In this document: piece by piece, positions 24,916-38,549 of the stretch
Layout of the letters: every line of letters begins with the position of its first letter
Numbering within the stretch: position 1 is the first letter of the stretch
Assembly (NCBI RefSeq): GCF_963921235.1
Contig: NC_086108.1
Span: 110,734,001 to 110,798,000, forward strand
DNA: 64,000 nt
Origin: Mobula hypostoma
Taxonomy: Eukaryota
Reading direction: 5' to 3'
Program-made: the position numbers and the translations under genes
Notes under the pieces: generated by a model
What the model was told of the DNA's origin: nothing
Databases searched by the model: none
What the model saw: the letters and a program-made list of their open reading frames with translations, nothing else

Positions 24916-26504
24916 TAAAGTTCATTAAAGTGGAAGTTCATAGAGTCTTGATTAGTCAGGACATCAAAGGATATAGGGAGGGGGCAGAAGAATGGGGTTG
25001 AGAGAGATAATCAGCCATGATAGGAATGATGGAGCAGAATTGATGGGCTGAATGGCCTAATTCTGCTCCAATGCCTTATGGTCTCATGGACGTAGACTGG
25101 TCAGCTGGGACTAAGAGCACTGAATCCTGTGATAACAGTTTACCAATCTAAGATACACTTTCTATGTGTTAACTTAATCTATGCCAGTATGTTATAGGGA
25201 GAGGTTGCCCAGGCTACCCTTCATCTCTTGGAATGTAAGAGAATGAGAAGTGTTTAAAATAATGAGATACATAGAGTCGCCTCTCATAGAGTGGGGGAGA
25301 TTCAAACAAGAGGACATGAGTTGAGAGTTAAAGGGCAAAAGTTTGGGCGGGGGGACTTCTTTACTCAGAGAGTGGTAGCTGTGTGGAACGAGCTTCCAGC
25401 AGAAGTGGTCAAGACAGGTTCGATGTTGTTGTTTAAAGTTAAATTGGATAGCTATATGGACAGGAAAGGAATGGAGGGGTATGGGCTGAGTGCAGGTCAG
25501 TGGGACTTGATGAGAGTAAGAGTTCGGCACGGACTAGAAGGGCTGAGATGGCCTGTTTCTGTGCTGTAATTGTTATATGGTTATAGATAAGGCAGTCTTT
25601 TCCCCAGGGTAGGGGAGTGAAAAACGTAGATATAGGGTGAGAGGGCACCACCACAGTGTAGAGGTTAGCGCAACGCTATTACAGCTCAGGTAGTCAGAGT
25701 TCAGGGTCCAATTCCGACATCTTCTCTAAGCAAGCTTTTGCGTTCCTTCCTGTGTGCACATGGGTTTCCTCTGGGTGCTACTACATGTGCTAATTAGCAG
25801 GTCAATTGGTCATGGTAACTTGTCCTGTGACTGGGGGGGGGGGGGTTAAACAGGTGAGTTACTGGGCAATGCAGCTTATTGGTCTGCCCCACCCTGCATC
25901 TTAATAAAGAAATCTCAAAGGGACCCGAGGGAGCAGGTGCAACCAGCTGCCAGAGGAAGTGATTGAGACAGGCACAACAGTGCCATTTAACAAACACTTG
26001 GACAGGTACACGGAGGGTCAGTGCCTAGAGGGATATGGTCCGAGCACAGGAAATTGGGGCTAGCTTGGTGTGCGTGGTGGTCGGCGTGGACTAAGTTTTC
26101 CCTTTCACAAGGTTCATAAGCTCTGGAATCCTCTTCCTCAAAAAATGATGTTGGAAACAAGAGTATTTGTATCTTCTTAAAGTGGAGGTAGATGATTGCT
26201 TGTCAACAGTCTAAGATCTCATTGAAGCCTACTGATACCCAAAAGGCCTGGATAGAGGGGATGTGGAAAGGATCACAGGTCAAAGTAAATTTATTAACGG
26301 AGTATATATATGTCATTATATACAGCCCTGAGATTCATCTTCTCGTGGGCATTCACAGTAAATACAGGAACAAAATAAAAGCAATAAATATTGAGAACAT
26401 GAGATGATGAGTCCTTGAAGAGACTGGATGAGCTGAAGGTCCTGTTGCTCTGCTGTTCCATGTTCCCAAGATCAATCTAACCCTTCCCTCCCACATAGCC
26501 AGAA

Positions 26505-27402
26505 ACAAGAGACAATCTGCAGATGCTGGAAATCCAAGCAACGCACACAAAATGCTGGAGGGATTCAGCAGGCCAGACAGCCTCTATGGAAAAAAAGTAC
26601 TGGTTGATGTTTGGGCCGAGACCCTCCAGCAGGACTGGAGAAAAAGAGCTGAGGAGTAGATTTTAAAGCTGGGGGGAGGGGAATCCAGGAGGGGGAGGGA
26701 TGAAGTAAAGAGCTGGGAAGTTGATTAGTGAAAGAGACAGAAGGCCATGGAACAAAGAAAAGGGGGAGAAGCTCCAGAGGAAGGTGATGGATGGGCAAGG
26801 AGATAAAATGAGAGAGGGAAATGGAGAAGGGGTACAGGGGGTTGGGGGCATTACCAGAAGTTTGAGAAATCAATGTTCATGCCATCAGGTTGGAGGCTAC
26901 CAAACAGAATACAAGGTGTTGTTCCTCCAACCCAAGAGTGGCCTCATCACGACAGTGGAGGAGGTCATGGATGGACATATCAGAATGGAAATGGGAAGTG
27001 GAATTAAAATGGGTGGCCACTGGGAGATCCTGCTTGTTCTGGCGAACGGAGCGTAGATGCTCGGTGAAGTGGTCTCCCAATCTACAGTGGGTCTCACTGA
27101 TATACAGGAGGCCACACCGGGAGCACTGGCCACAGTAAATGACCCAAACAGACTCACAGGTGAAGTGTTGCCTCACCTGGAAGGACTGCTTAGGGCTCTG
27201 AATGGTAGTGAGGGAGGAGGTGTTGGGGCAGGTGTAGCCCTTTTTCAGCTTGCAAGGATAAGTGCCAGGAGGGAAATCAATGGGGAGGGAGCGATCCCTG
27301 TGGAAAGCAGAAAGTGGGGGCGAGGGAAAGATGTGCCTGGTGGTGGGACCCCGTTGGAGGTGGCAGAAGTTTCAGAGAATTATGTGCTGGACGTGGAGGC
27401 TT
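26505..27402 (-). mobile_element. Penelope-like element fragment (GIY-YIG region + terminal repeat)
   Basis: RQHFTCESVWVIYCGQCSRCGLLYISET...DHFTEHLRSV is homologous to the C-terminus of the 47.6-48.7 kb ORF. Confidence 0.85.
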
Positions 27403-27418
27403 GTGGACAAGAGGGTTC

Positions 27419-28530
27419 CTTGGTGTGGGTGGAGAATTGGTTAGCAGACAGGAAGCAAAGAGTGGGAATAAACGGGACCTTTTCAGAATGGCAGGCGGTG
27501 ACTAGTGGGGTACGCAAGGCTCAGTGCTGGGACCCCAGTTGTTTACAATATATATTAATGACTTGGATGAGGGAATTGAATGCAGCATCTCCAAGTTTGC
27601 GGATGACACGAAGCTGGGTGGCAGTGTTAGCTGTGAGGAGGATGCTAAGAGGATGCAGGGTGAGTTGGATAGGTTGGGTGAGTGGGCAAATTCATGGCAG
27701 ATGCAATTTAATGTGGATAAATGTGAAGTTATCCACTTTGGTGGCAAAAATAGGAAAACAGATTATTATCTGAATGGTGGCTGATTAGGAAAAGGGGAGG
27801 TGCAACGAGACCTGGGTGTCATTATACACCAGTCATTGAAAGTGGGCATGCAGGTACAGCAGGCGGTGAAAAGGGCGAATGGTATGCTGGCATTTATAGC
27901 CAGAGGATTCGAGTACAGGAGCAGGGAGGTACTACTGCAGTTGCACAAGGCCTTGGTGAGACCACACCTGGAGTATTGTGTGCAGTTTTGGTCCCCTAAT
28001 CTGAGGAAAGACATCCTTGCCATAGAGGGAGTACAAAGAAGGTTCACCAGATTGATTCCTGGGATGGCAGGACTTTCATATGAAGAAAGACTAGATGAAC
28101 TGGGCTTGTACTCGTTGGAATTTAGAAGATTGAGGGGGGATCTGATTGAAACGTATAAAATCCTAAAGGGATTGGACAGGCTAGATGCAGGAAGATTGTT
28201 CCCCATGTTGGGGAAGTCCAGAAGGAGGGGCCACAGTTTGAGGATAGAGGGGAAGCCTTTTAGGACCGAGATTAGGAAAAACTTCTTCATACAGAGAGTG
28301 GTGAATCTGTGGAATTCTCTGCCACAGGAAACAGTTGAGGCCAGTTCATTGCCTATATTTAAGAGGGAGTTAGATATGGCCCTTGTGGCTATGGGGGTCA
28401 GGGGGTATGGAGGGAAGGCTGGGGTGGGGTTCTGAGTTGGATGATCAGCCATGATCATAATAAATGGCGGTGCAGGCTCGAAGGGCCGAATGGCCTACTC
28501 CTGCACCTATTTCCTATGTTTCTATGTTTC
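27419..28530 (+). mobile_element. CR1 family A 3' fragment
   Basis: RT C-terminus near-identical to 23807-24915, including the same TGA (27782-27784). Confidence 0.95.
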
Positions 28531-28709
28531 CAGGCGCAGATCCATGGTCTCCCAAGACTAACGGATGCCTTGTTATGAGGTAGGACACAGAACATAATGC
28601 AGAATAAAATATGACAGCTACTGAGAAAATGCAGGACTCCTAATCCCTTTGAACCTGTGCTCTCTAGTATCTGACAATTCCACCCTGGGGAATACATTCT
28701 GACTGCCTA

Positions 28710-30005
28710 ATGGTGCAAAAATAACAGGGTTGTTATCATGGGTGACTTTAACTTCCCTAATATTGATTGGCACCTGATTAGTTCCAAGGGTTTAGATGGG
28801 GCAGAATTTGTTAAGTGTGTCCAGGATGGATTCCTGCCACAGTATGTGGACAGGCCGACCAGGGGGAATGCCATACTAGATCTAGTACTTGGTAATGAAC
28901 CGGGTCAGGTCACAGATCTCTCAGTGGGTGAGCATCTGGGGGACAGTGACTACCGCTCCCTGGCCTTTATAATTATCATGGAAAAGGATAGAATCAAAGA
29001 GGACAGGAAAATTTTTAATTGGAGAAAGGCAAATTATGAGGCTATAAGGCTAGAACTTGCGGGTGTGAATTGGGATGATGTTTTGGCAGGGAAATGTACT
29101 ATGGACATGTGGTCGATGTTTAGAGATCTCTTGCGGGATGTAAGGGATAAATTTGTCCTGGTGAGGAAGATAAAGAATGGTAGGGTGAAGGAACCATGGG
29201 TGACAAGTGAGGTGGAAAATCTAGTCAGGAGGAAGAAGGCAGAATACATGAGGTTTAGGAAGCAAGGATCAGATGGGTCTATTGAGGAATATAGGGAAGC
29301 AAGAAAGGAGCTTAAGAAGGGGCTGAGAAGAGCAAGAAGGGGGCATGACAAGGCCTTGGCGAGTAGGGTAAAGGAAAACCCCAAGGCATTCATCAATTAT
29401 GTGAAGAAAAAAAGGATGACAGAAGTGAAGGTAGGACCGATTAGAGATAAAGGTGGGTAGATGTGCCTGGAGGCTGTGGAAGTGAGCGAGGTCCTCAATG
29501 AATACTTCTCTTCGGTATTCACCAGTGAGAGGGAACTTGATGATGGTGAGGACAATATGAGTGAGGTTGATGTTCTGGAGCATGCTGATATTAAGGGAGA
29601 GGAGGTGTTGGAGTTGTTAAAATACATTAGGACAGATAAGTCCCCGGGGCCTGACGGAATATTCCCCCGGCTGTTCCACGAGGCGAGAGAAGAGATTGCT
29701 GAGCCTCTGGCTAGGATCTTTATGTCCTCGTTGTCCACGGGAATGGTACCGGAGGATTGGAGGGAGGCGAATGTTGTTCCCTTGTTCAAAAAAGGTAGTA
29801 GGGATAGTTCGGGTAATGATAGACCAATGAGCCTTATGTCTGTGGTGGGAAAGCTGTTGGAAAAGATTCTTAGATACTACTAGACAGGTATATGGAGGAA
29901 TCTAAGGTGGGGGCTTATATGGGAGGCAGGGTTTGAGGGTCGGCACAACATTGTGGGCCGAAGGGCCTGTACTGTGCTGTACTATTCTATGTTCTATGTA
30001 TCTAT
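28710..30005 (+). mobile_element. CR1 LINE (another family), internally deleted ORF2 joined to 3' tail
   Basis: GDFNFPNIDW...LDLVL...DKSPGPDGI...[16 protein letters not shown], then a jump to the CR1 3'UTR near 29876. Confidence 0.88.
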
Positions 30006-30310
30006 GCTTTTCAGTTCTAAATTCCACCAGGTCTCAGCCTGTCCTGGTCCAATCACATGGTGTCACAACCAAGAAAGCTCACCAATGCCTTTACTTCCTC
30101 AGGAAGCTAAAGAAATTGGCACGTGCCCTTTGACCCTCACCAGTTTTTAATCAATGCATCCTAGAAAGCACCTTATCTATATGCTTTACCGCTTGGTACA
30201 ACAACTCCTCTGCATGTCACCGCGAGAAACTGAAGAGAGTTGTGGACACAGCTCAGCACGTCACAGAAACTCGCCTCCCCTCCATGGACTCTGTCTACAC
30301 TTCTCACTGC

Positions 30311-30762
30311 CTCATGAGGAGTGTTTGACGGCTCTAGGCCTGTACTCACTGGAATTCAGAAGAATGGGGGCAGGGGGATCTCATTGAAACTTACTGAAGT
30401 TGAAAGACCTCAACAGATTGGATGTGGAGAGGAAGTTTCCTATGGAGGGGGAGTGTAAGACCAGAGGACTCAGCCTCAGAATAGTGGGATGTCCATTTAG
30501 AACAGAGATGAAGAGGAATTTTTTTAGACAGAGTGTGTTGAATCTGTGGAATTCAATGCCATAGGCAACTGTGGAGCCCAAGTCATTGGGTATATTTAAA
30601 GTGGAGGTTGACAGATTCTTGATTGGTCAGGGCATGAAGGGATATGGGGAGAAGGTAGGAGATTGGGCCTGAGAGGGAAATAGATCAGCCATGATGGAAT
30701 GGCAGAGCAGACTTGATGGGCCAAATGGCCTAATTCTGCTCCTATATCTTATGGTCTTATGG
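30311..30762 (+). mobile_element. CR1 LINE 3' fragment
   Basis: LGLYSLEFRRM and NLWNS motifs plus 3'UTR. Confidence 0.8.
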
Positions 30763-31017
30763 CTCAGTAAATCAGCCAGAAAATCACCCAGGACATTCTC
30801 TTCCCCCTGCTGCCTTGCCCAAAAGGCTGAAAACATGTACTACCACGTACAAAGACATCTTAATCTCACAACCTATGCTATTATAGTTTTGCACTTATTG
30901 TTTACCTGCGCTGACTTACCAGCAGACTTTTACCCAGGGTAAGAGAGATCAAAAATTTAAAGTGTTTGGAGGGAATATCAGACGCAATTTTCTTTATACA
31001 CAGAGTAGTTGTATTGA

Positions 31018-32705
31018 CATTTATGCGACTGGAATAATACCAGAAGAGATGAAAAGAAAATCAGTATTCATCACTCTTCCTTAAGAAACCTGGAGCAATA
31101 GAATGTGAATTACATAGGACCATAAATTTAGTGAGTCATACCACTAAGATACTTCTAAGAATTTTGATGACAAGAGCTAAAAGTAAGACACAAGCTGAAA
31201 TAGGTAAAGAAGAATGTGGTTTTGTGAAAGACAAAGGTACAAGAAACATGATATTGATGTTAAGGATACTATCAAAACGAGCTATTCAAGTGCAAGAAGA
31301 TCTGTTTGTTTGTTTTATCGACTACACAAAAGCATTTGATAAAGTGAAGCACAATAAGTTATTTGAAATATTACAGGAAACTCTAGATCTAGATTCGAAA
31401 GACCTCCGCCTAATCAGAAATCTGTACCAGGAACAAACTGCCGCTGTAAGAATAGATGAAGAAGTGAGTCAGTTTATGAAAATCAAGAGAGGTGTTAGAC
31501 AAGGGTGAGTTTTCTCCCCTGACTTGTTTAATGTGTACAGTGAAACAATATTACAAAAAAATGAGACATCTTGGGAATCAAAGTTGGCGGTGAAAACATC
31601 AATAATTTCAGATATGCAGATAACACTGTGTTAATTGCAAGTACGGAGGAAGAACTACAAAACTTAATTGATCCTGACCTGGATCTGGGCCGTACCCTCC
31701 AAATATCTGGACCTGCCTCTCGGTTTTTTTGCACTACCTTACTTTCCATTTTTCTATTTTCTATTTATAATTTATAATTTTAATTTTTAATATTTACTAA
31801 TTTTTACTATTTTTAATATTTAATATTTGTAATCCAGGGAGTGGGAATCGCAGAATCAAATATCGCTGTGATGATTGTACGTTCTAGTATCAAATGTTTG
31901 GCGACGATAAAGTATAAAGTATATAGTTGTTGAAGAAAGTGCAAAAATGGGTCATCTATCAACCACAAAAAGACAGAATGTATGGTGATATCCAAAAAGG
32001 AGGAGAATCCTTCTTCTTGGATAAAGAGAATCCTTCTTTTTTGGATAAGTATAAAGTATCCTATCTGCAGGCTGAAAGTAAACGGGAAAGACATAAAACA
32101 AGTACAGAACTTTTGCTACTTAGGACGCTGGGTGACATCAGGTGGCAGGTGCGACATGGACATCAAAAGAAGAATAGGGATGGCAAAAGACACCTTTATG
32201 AGAATGAAGAGTATACTGACCAACACTAAACTAGGCATGACAACCCACCTCAGAGTACTGAAATGTTACGTTTATCCAGTTATGTTACATGGCTCAGAAT
32301 GTTGGACAATATCTAGTAACATGAGGAAATGAACTGAAGCAGCAGAGATGTGGTTTTTGAGGAGGATGCAAAGAATATCATGGACGAAACGAATATCTAA
32401 CGAGGATGTCATGAACAGAGCAAACACAAAAAGAGAAATAATGTATGAGATCATGAAAAGGCAACGTAACTTCATTGGATATGTGATTAGGAAAGAGGAG
32501 TTAGAATGCATGGTAATTATGGGAAAGATTGAAGGGAAGAAAGCAAGAGGAAGACAAAGACAAATGATGATGGAGACAGCAGCCAGAGAGCTGGAAATGA
32601 ATACCAATGAATTGATCCATTTGACCCGAAACAGAAGTGTGTGGGCCATGGCAGTCAAAGCTCAAACTGGGCCCGGCACCTGATGATGACGATGTTGATG
32701 ATGAT
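31018..32705 (+). mobile_element. RTE-clade LINE, 5'-truncated and decayed
   Basis: RT motifs CFIDYTKAFDKV, RGVRQG, RYADNT, YPVMLHGSECWT, EMWFLRRM. (GAT)n tail. Near-perfect TSD TTGTAT(T/C)GA at 31009-31017 and 32706-32714. Carries an insertion at ~31673-31922. Confidence 0.9.
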
Positions 32706-32941
32706 TTGTATCGATAATGTTCTAATTTGCTCTGTATTTCACTTAAATAACCATAACCATAAAAAATACATAATTTGTTACTCAGTTAAATGGTAGTTTG
32801 TCTTTTTTATACCTTATGAATTATTGCCATGAAACTTTGGCAGCCGCTTAATTGGGACAAAATGAACTGGTCCTGATGTGCTCCAACTAACTGGAATCCA
32901 CAATATTTACTTACCAAAGAAAAGAAGAATCCTATTTGCGT

Positions 32942-33139
<198 letters not shown>

Positions 33140-33809
33140 TCAAGATTGTTTAATATCGTTTCCAGTACACAGGTATAAAGGAGAACAAAATTGTTACTCT
33201 GGGACTTTTGCAGCCCAAAAAAACACAATAAGATAAAGAACACAATAATAAAACCACAATAATTATAAGATAGCTTATATAGATTGATTGTACATTTATG
33301 AAGTGATGCTAGGCACAGGATTATCTGTACATGAGGTGACTGACAGGAAATGATAAAGTAGTGGTGGTCGGGGGTGTGAAGGGGTGGGTTAGTGGGTGGA
33401 GGAGTTGATCAGCCTTACTGCTTGGGGAAGGTAACTGGTTTTGAGTCTGGTGGTCCCGGCGTGGATGCTACGTAGCCTCCTCCCTGATGGGAGTGGGACA
33501 AATCGTCCATGAGCAGGGTGGGTGGGATCATTCATGATGTTACTGCCCTTTTTCCAGCACTTTTCTGCACACATCCTTGCTGGTGCCAGTGATGCATTGG
33601 GCAGTTTTGACTACCCGTTGTACAGCCTTCCTGTCCCTGCAGTGCCATTTCCCTACCAAGCAGTAATGCAGCTTGTTAGATTGTTCTCTACTGTGTATCG
33701 GTAGAAGGAGGCGAGTTCAGCTCTCTTCAGACTCCTGCAGGATGTGTTTTGAGCCATGAGAGATTGTGCAAGATGTGCTCTCCCAGGCGTTTGAAGCTAC
33801 TTGCAGTCT

Positions 33810-34305
33810 GATACATACCAGACACCAACTATTTAAAGGATAAACATCTCATATTCCGTTTGGGTAGCCTCTAACCTGATGACATGATCATTAGTTTCTT
33901 GAACTTCCAGTAATTTTCCGCCTCCCCCTTCTGTCTTCTTCAATTTCCCACTCTGGCCTTTTACCTCTTCTCTGCACCTGCCTATTACCTCCCCCTGGTG
34001 TCCCTTTTCCTTCCCTTTCTTCCATGCTCCACTATCCTATCTTATCAGATTCCTTCCTTCAGCCCTTTACCCTTCCCACCCATCACCTCCCAGCCTCCTA
34101 CTGCATCCCCTGCCCCCACCCAACTGGTCTCACCCATCACCTTCTCACATCCTCCTCCCCCTCCCCCACCCCACCTTCTTACTCTGACTTCTTTCCCCTT
34201 CCTTTCCAGTCCTGATGAAGGGTCTCGACCCGAAATCTCGACTGTTTAATGACTTCCACAGATGCTGCCTGACCCCTCCAGTTCCTCTAACATTTTGTGT
34301 TTAAC
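33810..34305 (+). mobile_element. Penelope-derived terminal fragment with hammerhead-like motif (34207-34244)
   Basis: CAGTC-CTGATGA-AGGGTCTCGACCC-GAAA-TCTC-GACTG: perfect stems I and II, mutated stem III. Confidence 0.75.
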
Positions 34306-35539
34306 CACTTGCATCTACTGTACTTTCTCCTAGCTCTGCATTATGTTTCCTTTTCAGTCTGACGCACAGGAATGGAAGAGTAGTGGGCACAACCTGGTCT
34401 GTTGCAGACACAGCCCTCTCCACCACTGAGAGCACCTAGAGGAGACACACTGACTCAGAGGGCAGCACCAATGATCGAGGATCCCTGCCATACAGGCCAG
34501 CTTCTTACAACTCCCATCCGACAGTAGGTACAGAAGCCTGAAGCCTCCCTTCGACCATTTGTTCCTTGAACCAACTGGAACAACCGAACCCTACCTCAGC
34601 AACAGAACACACCAGACCACCTCCTGCACCCGTCTCCTTTTGTGCTTACTTGCACCAAGGCGATGTCTTTCAGTCTTTTTTCCCCACTGTATGGTATAGT
34701 TATATTGGGCCATCAGTTAATTGGGGCAGCAGCTCATTTGGGACAACTCTTAAAGAACAAAAACTAATTGAGAAAATAGTTGGGATTCCCTTCGTTTATT
34801 TGGAACACTGTGCAACTTAATTGGGACAGGAGCCTGTTGCTGAACAGCTTCTAACTAGCACCAGTCGTGTGCACTTATGTGGCTGTTAGAAATTACATTG
34901 TGCTTACAGTGAACTGTTTTTAAAGACCATCAGCTGCACGCGTTTGTGTTCAAAAAGCAGTGATTTTTGTCACTGATAGGTGGCAGGAAACTAGCAGTAA
35001 GACAATTCCAAACTGTTTTGCTCACTGTGGTTTCAAGCATTCAGGCTCGAAGATGCCATGACGTGGCTGGAAGTGAAAATAAAATAATTTCACCACTTCG
35101 ACAAGTTACAAAACCCAAAGAATTTGAAGGTATTGACAATTGAACGTTACAATGAAAATGAAGATTTGGAGGATGCCATCATTGATGGCACTGCATTATC
35201 TGCGCTTGGTGTCTGTGCTGATTTTGTTCATTTACAGTCGATCAAAAGACACGGCAGCGTACACTGGATTAATTCCTCTGCTGTGAACTATTAGGAACTA
35301 ATACAGTTTTATAGTACCATAGTAGTATTGATAGTGTTCTAATTTGTTCTGTATTTCCTTTAAATATATAATTTGTTACTCAGTTTGTCTTTTTTTTATA
35401 CCTTTTAAACTATGTCCATGAAACATGAGCTGAACTGTGTAATGATCCGACCTGTATGAACAGTATGCAAGACAAACTTTTCACTGCATCATAGTAATTG
35501 TGACAATAACAGAAAGTGTTTCCACGCTGCGCTAATGCA

Positions 35540-38500
35540 CACACAGTGGCCACTTCATTAGGTAGCTCCTGTGCCTAATGCAGTGGCCACCGAGTGAATG
35601 TTCATGGTTTTCTGCTGCTGAAGCCCATCCACGTCATGATTCAATGTGTTGTGTGTTCTCGGATACTCCTCTGCACACCACTGTTGTAATGCGTGGTTAC
35701 TTGAGTTCCTGTTATCCTCCTGTCAGTCCAGCCACTCTCCTCTGACCTCACCAGCCCTGATGAAGGGTCTCAGCCCGAAACGTCAATTGTTTCTCTTTTC
35801 AATCGATGCTGCCTGGCCTGAGTTCCTCCAGCATTTTGTGGGTGTAGCTCTTTCATCAGCAAGGTGTTTTCAGTTCAGTTTTCGTTTATTGTCATTTAGA
35901 AATGTATGCATTAAAAAATGATACAACATTCCTCCAGAATGATATCACAAGAAAACAAAAGATAAACCAAGCCTAAAACTGACAAAACCACATAATTGTA
36001 ACATATAGTTACAACAGTGCAAAGCAATACCATAATTTGATAAGGAGCAGACCATGGGCACGGTAAAAAAAAGTCTCAAAGTTTCACACACAGAACTCTA
36101 GGTCACTGGATTTTTTTTTGTTGTGTTTTTTTTTGCACTATTCTCTGTAATCTCTTGTTTGACTGTTGTGTGTGAAAGCCCCAAGAGATCAGCAGTTTCT
36201 GAGATACTCAAACCACCCCATCTGGCACCAACAATCATTCCACAGCCAAAGTTACTTAGATCACACTTTTTCCCTGTTCTGGCAAGCATTTAAAGGTTGC
36301 ATGGATGAACTACAACAATTGTTCATCCCAGTTTGGCAAAAGAATAAATCAAGGAAGGTAGTGCACCCGTGGCTGACAAGAGAAATTAGGGATAGTATCA
36401 ATTCCAAAGAAGTAGCATGCAAATTAGCCAGAGAAAGTGGCTCACCTGAGGACTGGGAGAAATTCAGAGTTCAGCAGAGGAGGGCAAAGGGCTTAATTAG
36501 GAAGGGGAAAAAAAATTATGAGAGAAAACTGGCGGGGAACATAAAAACTGACTGTAAAAGCTTTTATAGATATGTAAAAAGGAAAAGACTGGTAAAGACA
36601 AATGTAGGTCCCCTGCAGACAGAAACAGGTGAATTGATTATGGGGAGCAAGGACATGGCAGACCAATTGAATAAATACTTTGGTTCTGTCTTCACTAAGG
36701 AGGACATAAATAATCTTCCAGAAATAGTACGGGACAGAGGGTCCAGTGAGATGGAGGAACTGAGTGAAATACATGTTAGTAGGGAAGTGGTGTTAGGTAA
36801 ATTGAAGGGATTGAAGGCAGATAAATCCCCAGGGCCAGATGGTCTGCATCCTAGAGTGCTTAAGGAAGTAGCCCAAGAAATAGTGGATGCATTAGTGATA
36901 ATTTTTCAAAACTCGTTAGATTCTGGACTAGTTCCTGAGGATTGGAGGGTGGCTAATGTAACCCCACTTTTTAAAAAAGGAGGGAGAGAGAAACCGGGGA
37001 ATTATAGACTGGTTAGCCTAACGTCGGTGGTGGGGAAACTGCTGGAGTCAGTTATCAAGGATGTGATAACAGCACATTTGGAAAGCGGTGAAATGATCGG
37101 ACAAAGTCAGCATGGATTTGTGAAAGGAAAATCATGTCTGACGAATCTCATAGAATTTTTTGAGGATGTAACTAGTAGAGTGGATAGGGGAGAACCAGTG
37201 GATGTGGTATATTTGGATTTTCAAAAGGCTTTTGACAAGGTCCCACACAGGAGATTAGTGTGCAAACTTAAAGCACACGGTATTGGGGGTAAGGTATTGG
37301 TGTGGGTGGAGAATCGGTTAGCAGACAGGAAGCAAAGAGTGGGAATAAACGGGACCTTTTCAGAATGGCAGGCAGTGACTAGTGGGGTACCGCAAGGCTC
37401 AGCGCTGGGACCCCAGTTGTTTGCAATATATATTAATGACTTGGATGAGGGAATTAAATGCAGCATCTCCAAGTTTGCGGATGACACGAAGCTGGGTGGC
37501 AGTGTTAGCAGTGAGGAGGATGCTAAGAGGATGCAGAGTGACTTGGATAGGTTGGGTGAGTGGGCAAACTCATGGCAGATGCAATTTAATGTGGATAAAT
37601 GTGAAGTTATCCACTTTGGTGGCAAAAATAGGAAAACAGATTATTATTTGAATGGTGGCCGATTAGGAAAAGGGGAGGTGCAACGAGACCTGGGTGTCAT
37701 TATACACCAGTCATTGAAAGTGGGCATGCAGGTACAGCAGGCGGTGAAAAAGGCGAATGGTATGCTGGCATTTATAGCGAGAGGATTCGAGTACAGGAGC
37801 AGGGAGGTACTACTGCAGTTGTACAAGGCCTTGGTGAGACCACACCTGGAGTATTGTGTGCAGTTTTGGTCCCCTAATCTGAGGAAAGACATCTTTGCCA
37901 CAGAGGGAGTACAAAGAAGGCTCACCAGATTGATTCCTGGGATGGCAGGACTTTCATATGAAGAAAGACTGGATGAACTGGGCTTGTACTCATTGGAATT
38001 TAGAAGATTGAGGGGTGATCTGATTGAAACGTATAAGATCCTAAAGGGATTGGACAGGCTAGATGCAGGAAGATTGTTCCCCATGTTGGGGAAGTCCGGA
38101 ACGAGGGGTCACAGTTTGAGGATAGAGGGGAAGCCATTTAGGACCGAGATTAGGAAAAACTTCTTCACACAGAGAGTGGTGAATCTGTGGAATTCTCTGC
38201 CACAGGAAACTGTTGAGGCCAGTTCATTGGCTATGTTTAAGAGGGAGTTAGATGTGGCCCTTGTGGCTACAGGGGTCGGGGGTATGGAGGGAAGGCTGGG
38301 GCGGGATTCTGAGTTGGATGATCAGCCATGATCATAATAAATGGCGGTGCAGGCTCGAAGGGCCGAATGGCCTACTCCTGCACCTATTTTCTATGTTTCT
38401 ATGTTTCTGATGTTTGGTCTGAACAACAACTGAACCTCTTGACCAAGTCTGCATGCTTTTATGCACTGAATTGCTGCCACATGATTGGCTGATTAGATAT

Positions 38501-38549
38501 TCGCATTAACGAGGTGTGCAGGTGTACCAAATAAAATGGCCACTGAGTG
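35540..38549. mobile_element. Non-autonomous Tc1-like element hosting three nested insertions
   Basis: Imperfect TIRs CACACAGTGGCCACTTCATTAGGTA and TACCAAATAAAATGGCCACTGAGTG. Transposase-like remnant IVGARWGGLSISETADLLG on the minus strand. Confidence 0.75.
36280..38408 (+). mobile_element. CR1 family A, 5'-truncated, open RT frame
   Basis: About 680 aa of uninterrupted ORF2 (RT, FADD), a frameshift only near the C-terminus, and a TTTCTATG tail. Confidence 0.96.

Noticed and set aside
36166..38331. 721-aa ORF as an active or domesticated gene
   Set aside because: Non-ATG start in unrelated host repeat, no endonuclease domain, and near-identity to other young CR1 copies indicate recent insertion rather than selection.
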